A DNA stretch of 64,000 bases, taken from positions 60,674-124,673 of the forward strand of contig CAYYQC010000001.1 in assembly GCA_964473715.1 (NCBI GenBank), written 5' to 3'. The DNA is from an uncultured Gammaproteobacteria bacterium (lineage in GTDB: Bacteria; Patescibacteriota; Patescibacteriia; Magasanikbacterales; UBA922). The notes beneath the pieces were generated by a model. The model saw nothing but the letters and a program-made list of their open reading frames with translations, did not search any database and was not told the origin of the DNA. Both the position numbers and the translations under genes were made by a program. Of this stretch, positions 49,701-58,265 are shown piece by piece. The first letter of the stretch is position 1. Each line of letters opens with the position of its first letter.

Positions 49701-52700
49701 AACCATTTTGTGAATTTGGGTCAGAAATGTCACAGGTTTCTTGACCTGCAGTAACTTCACCATCACCACACACAGCCACACCAGGTACATTGGTGGTTGT
49801 AGGTTTTGAACCGCGAAGTACACAGGTGTTGGTACAATAAGCATTATTATTTTTTACTTTTCCCGCTTCATTACCAGGATCACACTGCTCACCACGATTT
49901 GACTCAACCACGCCGTTACCACAAACTCCAGCTCCAGTTTTTTCTGCACGATAGGCATCATTATTACCTGGACGCAAACAATTCAAAGCACAACTAGTTC
50001 CTGGCACTTCACCTGCACCACCAATATCACAATCTTCACCAGCTTCAGGCAATCCACCATTACCACAAATTGGATTATTTTTAGCCGCTGAATCTGAAGC
50101 AATGGTACTGCCTTTTTTTACACAGGCCAAAGTACAAGCAGGGTTAACATTTGAATATTGCGCAGCTGGTAATTGAGAAATTTTAGCGACATTAACATTT
50201 TCAGTGCTCCAACTATATTGGTATGCCCACTTACTAAGGGCTTGCCCCACTTTACTGCATGCATTTGGCGCGCTATATGGCACCACAGTATATTTATCTT
50301 GTTGGCCGACAGTGGTAGCCGTTAAATCAAGTGGACTTACTTGCAAGAAACCAACACTACATGGTTTTGCATCAGCCCGTGTTTTAAACACCCATTGCGT
50401 TGGTGGCAATGGTTTGCCATATACAGTTGGGTTAACACGCGCAATAGATTTAATAGCCAGACTCGCGCCATTTAAACTAACTTTATAATATTGATTAGGA
50501 TCTAGATTTGGACCAGACGCACTTAGATGTGCACGCAGTGTAAGTTGCGTAGAATTTTCCGTATCAATCGTATAGATAGAAGTTGGTTGTGTGTTAGCAC
50601 AAGTAACACCATCCATACATTTAAATACTTGGAATCCAGAAGCATAGGTACTCGTCACCATTTGACGATTAAAATCCACACGGATACTCGCATTGTTACA
50701 AGATTCAATACAATTTGGTTCATAATATGTCACGGCTGGATCTGCCAAGTCAACAAACAAAGTACTCGTTGGACTCAAAGTAATTTTAGAGTTGGAATTT
50801 AAAAAGCTAGGTATTGATCCTGAAACCTGCATGCCAAAATAAATTGGACCCTTGGCATTAGCTGGATTCTTTTCTGCAGCTAAAATCACCAAAGCATTTC
50901 CTGAATTAGGAATAGCAGTTAAAGGAATTTCAAAAATAGGACGGTTTGGCGGAACCAAATCTACCCAATATAAAGAATTTTTTGCTTTATCCCCCACCAA
51001 TATTACATTGTACTGACCATTGGCATCAGCCGTAACCGTAGTACAAAGATTTACACTTGAACCACTTCCACTATACGGATTCAAACAAACCTGATTATTA
51101 ATAAATTTAATAATATATCCACTTGGTTTACCAGGAACAGAAGTGTCAACTTTTTGCACTAAAGTATTATTTGGGAACGTGCTTTTTTCTGGTTGTGTAA
51201 ATTTGAGTTGTAAAGCAAAAGTATTTTGCAAAGATAACTGATTACTGACAGTTTGAGTCAAATTAGTTGGAGCAGTAGGGGCAAATCCAGCCTGACCCAC
51301 AGTAATATTAGCGGCTTGTAAAATATTAGTACCACCAATGTCAGTAGAATTTAAATTAGGTCCAGATTCAATAACCGCTTCAGCTTTAATAACCGCAAAA
51401 TCTGGAGAGGTATGAGCGCGCGCAGTAACAAGTGCGCGGATATTTTTGTATCCAGCAATTCCCGGCGCAGCGGCCACTGGTGACTTGAGTGCGGTGGCCA
51501 AATCAGACCCACTTTGACCTTCAGACGGTGACCAATTCCAAGCATAGGTATCTACTAACTGTGAAGAAACCACTGAACATTCTTGATTACCTTTACCCCA
51601 AACAAAATAATACAATGGATGCACTGGGATACTTGGTGGAATAAACACTTTACTACTATCAAATGGATATCGTGTGTCTTGGAGCACACCCAAATTACGC
51701 GCAGTGTATGTGCGCGGATTAATCGCAGCCCCAGTCAAAGTACATTCACTGGCATTTGTTTTAAAATTAAAACAATACGCAGTACCTTTTCCACAAGCAC
51801 GACTCGGTAAAAGCGGAGTATTAATAGTTTGATTTACACCAAGTACAGTCGCATGTTCTAAAGAAGTAATTTTTTCTGATAATTCAATTTGGTACCAGGT
51901 ATTTGATTCCAAATTATTTTTTGGCGGAGCCTCACGAATAATTAAAGTATTTGCACCAGTTTGATACGTAATATCCAAAGAATCTACTGCTGTTTTCTTT
52001 TCATCACAATCAATCCGATTACCTGGACCAGCTGCACAAGCAAATAATTTAATATTTTCTTTGGTTAAAGTATTTGGATCCATGCCCATGTTAAATCTAA
52101 GTGCAATAGTGGCATTCACACATGAGGCAGTGTTAGCCGCAGAAGTTTGTTTTACACGTGGAGTTGGCGAAGGGAAGTCAACATCATTACACTGTTCCAC
52201 TACTTGTGGCTGATTAGCCAAAACACCTGTCATAAAACGCCAAGTATAACCAGCCGCGCGTGTTTCTCCGGCACAAGCTAAATTATTCTTTTTCCACTGA
52301 CCTTCTTCTAGACCAGATTCACAACAGCGATACCCAGGTAAAGGAGTTTTATTACCAATACAACTTTCAACAGTATAATTTACAGCATTACTCCAACGAC
52401 CACTTTCATTGTCAAAAACACGAATTGGTCCACTGGACATTGATACGCCATTTTCATCTACCGGTAAACGAGTGGAAAAACCAGTGCCGTTTGGAAATCC
52501 TGACACTACAGGTGCTTTTCCTTCTGGAGTATCGTGACTCAAATTATATAACCAACCATCAATACCAGAATTAGTATTTGGGTTAGGTACAGCTCCTTTT
52601 TTCCAATAAATAACATCAATCACACCAGGACCTGGCACATTCACACCATAAATAGAAATTGGTGCGCCATCTACTGGCAATGGTGCAGGACCTTTACTTG

Positions 52701-55185
52701 GCATAATCCGACACAAACCAACTCCTGGTGGACCAGGTTCAATAACTATTGTTTCTTGACCATTGGTTTTTTGCACTGGAGGACCAGACGTTTTGACCAT
52801 GATATTAAAAATTTTTATCCCGCCATCAACAAAAAGCTTATCTTGAGGTGGAGGCAACTGAGCGATCACTTGTGTGTCTGTCCAAGTTTGACCACATTGA
52901 CTACCAAGGTCAGTGACTTTTAGACTACGGCAGCTAAGGTCAGGAGTACCAGTATCACAAGTTTTAACCGTGTTAGCGCTAGAAGCAATAAAAATTTTGC
53001 CGATAGTGTTACCAAAGCCCTTACCCTGAATGGTAATAAGACTAAGTGGTGTACTAGTGGCTGGAGTAATCGAACTAATTTGGGGCACTGAAAGATTTAC
53101 CACTGAACTAAGCACTTGAAATGGCACACCATTACTAGATTGTCCATTAATACGCGCATGCACTGGTACCAAACCAGCTTTCATATTAGCTGGTACCCGA
53201 GTACGAATTTCGGTATCGGTCCAATAATTATCAACGATTTCCCCCACCACACCACCTATCAAAGTACCATCAGTTTTTTTAGAAGCACCAAAGAGTAAGG
53301 CATTGCCATTTGCACCACCAAGACCATTACCTACGGCTTTCAAATTTACACCTGGTGGCGCAAAAGTATCATCGGCAAATAAATTATATTCTTTACCGTC
53401 TTGATTAACTTTAGTATCAGCAAAAACCGACACATCGCACAAACCTGGTTTTTTAACATTATTCACAGTAAACAAACCAGTTCCACCAGGACGAGTACCA
53501 AAATTATCAATTGAAGTATCTGTTTTACCAGCAGCAGTAGTAATTCGAATCGCGGCTTTAGTAGATACCGGCAAATTTGGTACAGCTACAATCACCCAGC
53601 GATCAGTCCAAGAACCTTTAGTTCCACAAGGCACTATCACGGCCTCAGTCCATGTATAATTTCCACCCGTACCTTCTACACCAAACTCCACTTTACCTTT
53701 GGTATTAGCAAAATTTTTACCCAAAACAGTTATCCAATTCCCAGGCGCACCATTTAATGGATCAATTCCAGTAATAATTGGCATGGCTCGACAAACTTTA
53801 TCAATACATTGAAAACCATTAGCACAATCAGCATTTGAAGAACAACTATCCCCTTCTCCACCACCACAAGAACCACCGCTATCTACTCCAGTTTCATCTG
53901 CATCTTGAATATCATTGTCACAATGACCACCTTTCAGAGTAAATGAAAGACTGGCTGTGACTACATTATTATCAATATCATGACCAGTGAGAGCGACAAT
54001 GTATTTTTGTCCAGCAACGAATTTTGTATCAAGCAAAAGTTTATAGCTGAATTCAAATAACTCAGAAGAACCCTGATTAACTCTAGGCGCAGTATACGCT
54101 GTGTAAATTGGTGAACCACCATTGGCCGCAGAAACCGCAATCTTAATAAGACTATTACCACCGAAGCTATTTTGTCTATCAAACATTTCCCCTCCCACTG
54201 AAAGCGTTTTGCCTTGGGCAAGGCTAATATTTTCTCCAGAAAAACCATTTAAATTAAGATTACTGAACAAAGGTTTAACGGTATCGTTAAAAGCCGTATC
54301 AGCGCGATAATGTGCAGTAATTGGGAAAGTATTTCCACCAAACTTATAATCAACCTCTAAACTTTTACCAGCTGTATCTTTTAAGTTTTTATTTACAGTC
54401 ACAATATATGTGACATTTGGTTTAAATGGAATTGGGCTACCATTTGGCGCGTAATACACTTCTAAAACTTTATTATTCTCAATAATTGAGGTAGATACTG
54501 GCAAAGGACCCGTACCACCAACTTCTTGAACAAAAACTGATTGTGCTAAATTAACATCAGTGGCCAATGCATGACTAAAGAGTACACGAATCGCAATATT
54601 ATTCATGCCGGTGGCAAGTGCTTCGTCTGTAACCAAATTACCCGGAGTAATACTCTTTACATAAAAGACCGTGTCTTCACATACGCTTAATTCCGGATAT
54701 TTCTTACACTGGCTATCACAATCATTTGGCAATTCTGGATTACATTCTGGCCCATCAGATCCATCACCAGAATCATCACTAGAACCAGTACCACCACCGA
54801 CAATTGCATCATTTAATTGCTTAAAGACAAATAAAACAATGGCCCAAGCAGATAAGATAATTACAAGACCAATGGTGGCATTGATAATATATTTTTTTCC
54901 TTCAGCAATTTTTTCTTCACTACCGTTTGACGTCATGTACAAAAAGCCACCGTACAAAATCAATCCAACAGTAATAATCCCAAGTAACCCAAGTGCAATA
55001 TTAATAATCCGTCCAGCAATTTCACGAGGGTCATCAGCCGAAAGTTTTACCGTATTACCAATTTGCGCCACGCCAAAAGTGTCACCAGCATTTGGGTCAA
55101 CCTGCGCTTGCGCCACAGTGGCCATGCCAAACAAAAAAATACTGAGAGCCAGGAAAATACTTATTTTTTTGAAGCGTGGACTCAT
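43756..55185 (-). CDS. Giant surface protein (3809 aa): VirB2/TrbC-like pilin N-terminus, Ig-like, IPT/TIG and Myxococcus-type Cys-rich repeats
   Basis: IINIALGLLGII..LILYGGFLYMTS.G.EEKI..GKK.I.NA.IGL; WTDTEI IPT motifs; many CGNG..E..E.CD repeats. Confidence 0.88.
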   Translation of the reverse strand: MSPRFKKISIFLALSIFLFGMATVAQAQVDPNAGDTFGVAQIGNTVKLSADDPREIAGRIINIALGLLGIITVGLILYGGFLYMTSNGSEEKIAEGKKYIINATIGLVIILSAWAIVLFVFKQLNDAIVGGGTGSSDDSGDGSDGPECNPELPNDCDSQCKKYPELSVCEDTVFYVKSITPGNLVTDEALATGMNNIAIRVLFSHALATDVNLAQSVFVQEVGGTGPLPVSTSIIENNKVLEVYYAPNGSPIPFKPNVTYIVTVNKNLKDTAGKSLEVDYKFGGNTFPITAHYRADTAFNDTVKPLFSNLNLNGFSGENISLAQGKTLSVGGEMFDRQNSFGGNSLIKIAVSAANGGSPIYTAYTAPRVNQGSSELFEFSYKLLLDTKFVAGQKYIVALTGHDIDNNVVTASLSFTLKGGHCDNDIQDADETGVDSGGSCGGGEGDSCSSNADCANGFQCIDKVCRAMPIITGIDPLNGAPGNWITVLGKNFANTKGKVEFGVEGTGGNYTWTEAVIVPCGTKGSWTDRWVIVAVPNLPVSTKAAIRITTAAGKTDTSIDNFGTRPGGTGLFTVNNVKKPGLCDVSVFADTKVNQDGKEYNLFADDTFAPPGVNLKAVGNGLGGANGNALLFGASKKTDGTLIGGVVGEIVDNYWTDTEIRTRVPANMKAGLVPVHARINGQSSNGVPFQVLSSVVNLSVPQISSITPATSTPLSLITIQGKGFGNTIGKIFIASSANTVKTCDTGTPDLSCRSLKVTDLGSQCGQTWTDTQVIAQLPPPQDKLFVDGGIKIFNIMVKTSGPPVQKTNGQETIVIEPGPPGVGLCRIMPSKGPAPLPVDGAPISIYGVNVPGPGVIDVIYWKKGAVPNPNTNSGIDGWLYNLSHDTPEGKAPVVSGFPNGTGFSTRLPVDENGVSMSSGPIRVFDNESGRWSNAVNYTVESCIGNKTPLPGYRCCESGLEEGQWKKNNLACAGETRAAGYTWRFMTGVLANQPQVVEQCNDVDFPSPTPRVKQTSAANTASCVNATIALRFNMGMDPNTLTKENIKLFACAAGPGNRIDCDEKKTAVDSLDITYQTGANTLIIREAPPKNNLESNTWYQIELSEKITSLEHATVLGVNQTINTPLLPSRACGKGTAYCFNFKTNASECTLTGAAINPRTYTARNLGVLQDTRYPFDSSKVFIPPSIPVHPLYYFVWGKGNQECSVVSSQLVDTYAWNWSPSEGQSGSDLATALKSPVAAAPGIAGYKNIRALVTARAHTSPDFAVIKAEAVIESGPNLNSTDIGGTNILQAANITVGQAGFAPTAPTNLTQTVSNQLSLQNTFALQLKFTQPEKSTFPNNTLVQKVDTSVPGKPSGYIIKFINNQVCLNPYSGSGSSVNLCTTVTADANGQYNVILVGDKAKNSLYWVDLVPPNRPIFEIPLTAIPNSGNALVILAAEKNPANAKGPIYFGMQVSGSIPSFLNSNSKITLSPTSTLFVDLADPAVTYYEPNCIESCNNASIRVDFNRQMVTSTYASGFQVFKCMDGVTCANTQPTSIYTIDTENSTQLTLRAHLSASGPNLDPNQYYKVSLNGASLAIKSIARVNPTVYGKPLPPTQWVFKTRADAKPCSVGFLQVSPLDLTATTVGQQDKYTVVPYSAPNACSKVGQALSKWAYQYSWSTENVNVAKISQLPAAQYSNVNPACTLACVKKGSTIASDSAAKNNPICGNGGLPEAGEDCDIGGAGEVPGTSCALNCLRPGNNDAYRAEKTGAGVCGNGVVESNRGEQCDPGNEAGKVKNNNAYCTNTCVLRGSKPTTTNVPGVAVCGDGEVTAGQETCDISDPNSQNGCSAQCLHQGTQTAASWCLANIGFSTDPSCKAAVSICGNGKVEPNEDCEVGVKVGNDTVTSAMCNKSCQFIDACALTNPPCVKNAPGCSDKCTLLGSKSTYSSPSVCGDRQVGTGENPSCELNQTNKNNPNDLVGPTQIVQAVGKANPVAGTTYQQTKVTASTKDGSKNITGVADYKLQCGYKEYDFATTDKSYNNCPSNPDNNLGVGGNSCCVPRPRPLAEYPVDGAGFAGSENVCRNTKVEVSFDREMRAESINQNVFLVTGHTAANFDCSAVQGQNFTDTVNKIIAASPIEVKGFWAKLWGRLTDWTKNIWATEAGATTVSGTQEFKSIKTWCNGEVPVSVSVQSEVSSGLDTISRVSLEIGKTLDANTIYGVILRGDVGGIVDMGGVPMKAMGSSARNDAWFFKTSNNICKIKEVGVTPPAHVFNEPNSTQTFTAFATSTNGQKIVSTPGYAWTWTWAPNPNSVFDFSQTDTAKTDVLNVRAKNVPGKITGVAMAKVTADTSAENNQLGQVFNDTFELEALFCKRPWPANPGYPFRDAVYNYETGYCADAGSATNDADDLPYLRQQSLESGPLSSDSLKKLVFFNDKNSDVIGIQIFGPVNVPLTEWFSQTQKFGSVASFRSEVIGEYGALTDGNNYYIQALNYESTSASNAVNSYVYLFSINPNADSKTREVFNKLLQRLNFNTNLSNHNHCLIAGGNIRTNPNAINAEQCTTDFDCRDAAGTPKNGTIGTCSNARTKFLRDWKRLNDLRVAQDNIDTFFATQGSNPDFKGTFAGGSFVPGYTVSKWGESWGRLQEMTKGSFSDPLNRWTTCNADDPQTCWSASSTTYFCPKFKSVYEYEYIKNGNTYKLHAPLEFFKTTDQITKDYVDVERFTTAPWSGCSTGSYNPFQEKCGDGILNQAEQCDPPGTVELADTDVQTTYDHCSKWAVAKACNSDDDCGRIGRSVGRYINGKFTLDTNAKGACVGVAGSALAVVKDSDPVAAKYKLLSCSTNADCDAFVQGVNSAPGNYNFTHALLSFHPTNGKNLYLPVKPNYQALTAAPLKQFFADSGNKLTCDTTSFNTANVYHLPSSANFCVFNKFNPVLKYDPILNAQGEYETFPCSTDNNCRSINESYRHYDGQVSYGPGGFVRSYAELTNDLNQNINNLFTCQTPNQVLESNNFYAGLSSCSVPTVTPQTCSEGQLVKRTCNSQCTWQYGSCASTGSCGNGKVEGAEVCDDGALNDSYGHCNAICTGLAAARCGNNQKDFIDSAKKTLEFCEAGIDGFTAKYNVDRNKSCAWDCRNYGGYCGDGFIQSANGETCDDGNTTNGDSCSSVCKLEKYCSFDTYDLRCENALECTSIPVTENSEPYAVKIRTDLKKIEKVADDAFACAYNTKFIYASPQGNETEIFGCTTDSDCRKASTYQTLVGSTNHRVYAEGAPSSPMIINDSYAPLKGTEFKCLRINVPTPGPDNPLNASCSVNNAPNDSGSSSGTNPSCGNGTTEKILGEECDAGENNDKACVPGPNQDSCSYCGNGCKVLTVDQNAFCGNGVIDANKNEQCDFSTTGQIVMKQNNNTVPAICSDQGSYSCKSNCTLLVQQCVACGPSAQGVIPIINILNPIQKIWNERPKGSEWPGTNDFYFYRKQGADSYALIGGNNLANPTINVPQIGFKSLVDATKALQVEQDKMCVNRYSMLFNPSKVLENNNNSYMTIAPTAKINGTLFPFTVNAQSANAPVVQELITSPSVPPDTFRIVLKWTDQDKTAEFNGALYNEDFNKFDENIWSKGIQDHRIYAMKGWWNNYNQTALCSSMMRAGTFWTPSQSATQGETCESNYGIIASPNQVSVSGKTFIQTFTLVTNDYLQSGKPFTFFVNSLNGTSIGSSKNSSLEVLVYTNKPLPKNGLNASDISLYSVYEPDYTFKIKDANLPTGSAASAYSYWQVFNMVKESGKYTIKPVEGKEANGTSNGQLYQNGLFHKCSTGLFSYMPGKVPVTCPN

Positions 55186-55188
55186 ACG

Positions 55189-57444
55189 TTAAGGAAGAGT
55201 GGATGGACTTACAGCTTTCATTTTTTCAATACAAGTGGCCACATCTGGCTGACTTAAATCATTCTCATTAATTCCAAAGACACAGGCTGAATCTTTGAGC
55301 GGATCAAATGAACCACTTAAATTTTTATTATTTGGCGCACAATTCTCATTTTGAGTCGGTACTCCATTTACGTCTTCAGCGTATATGCAGGTCGGTGAAG
55401 TGTTCTTTTGCCCAAGTACATGTACTGGTCCACGACCTGGATATAAACATTGCTGATTATCCCCTCTAGCAGTACTTGATACGTAAGTAAAATAGTAAAG
55501 ATCAAGACCGCCAGTACCAAAAGTACGCGGATGTTTAATTTCTGAAATCGTTGAATCACCGACATCTTTTAAATCCATGTAATATGGAAAATCTTCCAAA
55601 CGCACATTATCAATTCCCATACGATTGGCTGGATATTCTATTACTCCAGCGCCATTCATGACAGAATTGTACAGCATTATTCGACTAAAGTAAATTTGAA
55701 TATCTTCAGTTCCTTTTACCCCTTCGCCCTCAAGCGGAGGCTTTACATTCGTGATATACGGAATGACCATGTCTTTGTCATTTTGCACCTTAAATGACCA
55801 ATAAAAGTTATCAGGATTTTTTTCTTGAACTTCAATTTTTTTAGGGTCATTAGAACCCAATCTAAATGCATGGCGCCATGAGGGTTGAACTCCAGGGGCT
55901 GATTGCGCAATTACGCCATCAGATTTATTACCTGGACCATTATCAAGCGCATTGCCGGCCATGTCAGTCACACCGGTAAATGGCTGAGCCACAAATGAAG
56001 TCCCATTTTGATTTTGCAATTCTGCGGTACGAACCAAACCTTCATAATTAGCTGTACAAGCTTTATCGGCCACCCCACAACCTGGAGCAGGCAAACAATA
56101 CATTGGTTCACCACAACTATTTTGGCCACAAGATTCACTAGAAATGAATTCTACTGAACGGTACCCATTGGAAATACGCCATTCACCTTTCACTTCGGTG
56201 CTACCAAAAATAATATTATTAAAATTACTATTTGGACCAACAGCACCTTGAGTTACACTTGGATCCACAGGTTCATTAAAATCAATCCGAATAACAATAT
56301 TTCGTTTAATAGTACCACCATTTTTTGGAGAGGTGGACAATACATATGGCGGACTTAAATCTACCTTGGTACCTGTTTCAAAACTCCATGAATAAAATTT
56401 ACTGGCAAAATTATTTGGAAAAATATCTGAACCATTTAAACGTTTAATTCCGGCAGTATTTGATGAGCCACCAATTAATTTAGCAGTGTACCAAACATTA
56501 CTTACCTCATTACCAAGCAAAGTTAGGGGTTTAAACGTAAAGATAGTGGCTTTACGTGCTTCATCATAGGTTGTAATACCTACCATTTCTACATTACTTG
56601 TAGAGCTTGCTTTAAAAAATAATTGTACTGAACCGTTTTTAACACGATCACATTCATTACTAAGTGAAACCACCTTATCTCCATCAATATCAGTACAATC
56701 TCCATAATATGGAATAGGTTGTCCACTATTAGCCCCAGATGTATAAACTGCACAGGCACCAGCGGCAATTTTTACAGCTTTGCTTCCCCCATCAACCGGC
56801 CAACAAGTATTATTGGTATTTTCCACAATACTTTCTGGCAAAACTGGTTCAGCAAAAGTTACTGACAACGCAGTATTGCGGAATACATCCACTTGGTTAG
56901 GGCGAGGATAATGATCTTTAATAATCGCACCTAAACCACCAGTACCAGAATATGAGGCAAAAATTGGTTTTTCCGGATTATCATTATTTCCACTTTGATT
57001 TCCACTACTTAAACCAAATGCATCAGATAAAGATTTTAAAACAAATTGAACAATAGCAAACGCAGAAATAATTATTACAAATCCAATAAGTGCGTTTACC
57101 ATCACTCGTTTTCCTTGTGCAACTTTTTCTTCATTACCCGCTGAAGTCATGATTAAAAATCCAGCGTAAAGCACTAATCCAAACGCAATAATCCCAAGCA
57201 AACCAAGAACAACACTAATTAATCGACCAGCAATGATCCGAATATCAGTATCACCTAGCCGAATGTTATTTTGAATTGGTTGCAATCCTAATGTGTCAGC
57301 ATCAGTTTGTGCGTTTACAATTCCAGCGGCAAAAAAAATATTAAAAAAAACAAAGACTACTGCCAATCCGGTTATGCACCAGGCAATAGTCTTGTTTAGA
57401 CGTAAATTCGGTCGAATCCAGGGAAGCATGAGCCAAGGATCCAA
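55189..57444 (-). CDS. Pilin (VirB2/TrbC-like)-anchored protein with Ig-like domains
   Basis: VLYAGFLIMTSAGNEEKV..GK.VM.NALIG; YP..NQ.DV.RNT...VTFAEP; exact start uncertain. Confidence 0.85.
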   Translation of the reverse strand: MDPWLMLPWIRPNLRLNKTIAWCITGLAVVFVFFNIFFAAGIVNAQTDADTLGLQPIQNNIRLGDTDIRIIAGRLISVVLGLLGIIAFGLVLYAGFLIMTSAGNEEKVAQGKRVMVNALIGFVIIISAFAIVQFVLKSLSDAFGLSSGNQSGNNDNPEKPIFASYSGTGGLGAIIKDHYPRPNQVDVFRNTALSVTFAEPVLPESIVENTNNTCWPVDGGSKAVKIAAGACAVYTSGANSGQPIPYYGDCTDIDGDKVVSLSNECDRVKNGSVQLFFKASSTSNVEMVGITTYDEARKATIFTFKPLTLLGNEVSNVWYTAKLIGGSSNTAGIKRLNGSDIFPNNFASKFYSWSFETGTKVDLSPPYVLSTSPKNGGTIKRNIVIRIDFNEPVDPSVTQGAVGPNSNFNNIIFGSTEVKGEWRISNGYRSVEFISSESCGQNSCGEPMYCLPAPGCGVADKACTANYEGLVRTAELQNQNGTSFVAQPFTGVTDMAGNALDNGPGNKSDGVIAQSAPGVQPSWRHAFRLGSNDPKKIEVQEKNPDNFYWSFKVQNDKDMVIPYITNVKPPLEGEGVKGTEDIQIYFSRIMLYNSVMNGAGVIEYPANRMGIDNVRLEDFPYYMDLKDVGDSTISEIKHPRTFGTGGLDLYYFTYVSSTARGDNQQCLYPGRGPVHVLGQKNTSPTCIYAEDVNGVPTQNENCAPNNKNLSGSFDPLKDSACVFGINENDLSQPDVATCIEKMKAVSPSTLP

Positions 57445-57474
57445 AATTTAAACTCTCCGGAGAGAGACCGGTGA

Positions 57475-57921
57475 TTAGCCGGATAAACGAGCTAAGACGC
57501 GTTCACGAACTGTGGCGCCATCAGCCCTACCTTTTACTTTAGCCATGACTGCACCGACAACTTTACCGCTATTGGCACGGGTTTCTTGGTCAACCTCAGA
57601 GAGTACACCAGTAATGACCGCATCAATTTCTACGTCAGTTAGTTGTTGTGGCAGAAAACTTTGTAACAGTTCAATTTCAGTATTGGTTTTTGTTACCAGG
57701 TCAGTTCGTCCAGCAGTAGTAAAATCTGCAAGCGCATCTTTTAGTTGCTTAACGAGCCGCGCAATAAGCGCTTCCACCTGAGCATCTTGTAAGGTAATTC
57801 CGTGGTTGATTTCTTCATTTTTAATTGCTGCTAAAACATTTTGGATAGAATCCAATGTTTCTGCATTATGCTCTTTACGAGCAGTAAGGCGCAAAGCCTG
57901 CAACTGTTCAACCAAAGACAT
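57475..57921 (-). CDS. yqeY: GatB/YqeY domain protein
   Basis: AIKNEEI; GRTDL...EI..L..FLPQQL; GKVVGAVMAKVKGRADG; downstream of rpsU. Confidence 0.92.
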   Translation of the reverse strand: MSLVEQLQALRLTARKEHNAETLDSIQNVLAAIKNEEINHGITLQDAQVEALIARLVKQLKDALADFTTAGRTDLVTKTNTEIELLQSFLPQQLTDVEIDAVITGVLSEVDQETRANSGKVVGAVMAKVKGRADGATVRERVLARLSG

Positions 57922-57926
57922 ATTTA

Positions 57927-58199
57927 TTATTTATTTCCAAATTTACCAGCTTTGGCAGCGCGACGAGCCATGAGTTCCAATTCTTTCTTGGAAAGCTTGC
58001 CTCGTTTGCGACGGTATTCAGTTTTAGCACGGGTTTCAATCCGAGTTAAAGCTGATTTACGGCGGCGAGTTTTGTTTGGTTTACCAGTGAAATGAGCACC
58101 TTTACGAGCTTCAAGTTGAATACCAGACATACTGACTTCTGTCTTGTAAGCGCGCATTAGAGCTTCAAATGACTTAGAACCTTTTTTTACTTCGATCAT
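57927..58199 (-). CDS. rpsU: 30S ribosomal protein bS21
   Basis: IEVKK..SFEALMRAYK..V..SGI..EARK..HF..KP; conserved rpsU-yqeY order. Confidence 0.85.
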   Translation of the reverse strand: MIEVKKGSKSFEALMRAYKTEVSMSGIQLEARKGAHFTGKPNKTRRRKSALTRIETRAKTEYRRKRGKLSKKELELMARRAAKAGKFGNK

Positions 58200-58201
58200 A
58201 T

Positions 58202-58210
58202 TCACCTCCT
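58202..58210 (-). promoter_or_regulatory. Strong Shine-Dalgarno site of rpsU
   Basis: AGGAGGTGA-at-ATG on the minus strand. Confidence 0.85.
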
Positions 58211-58265
58211 GAGGGTGATTAAAAATAATACAGTTATACTACCCTAAAAAACCCAAAAGGTCAAA

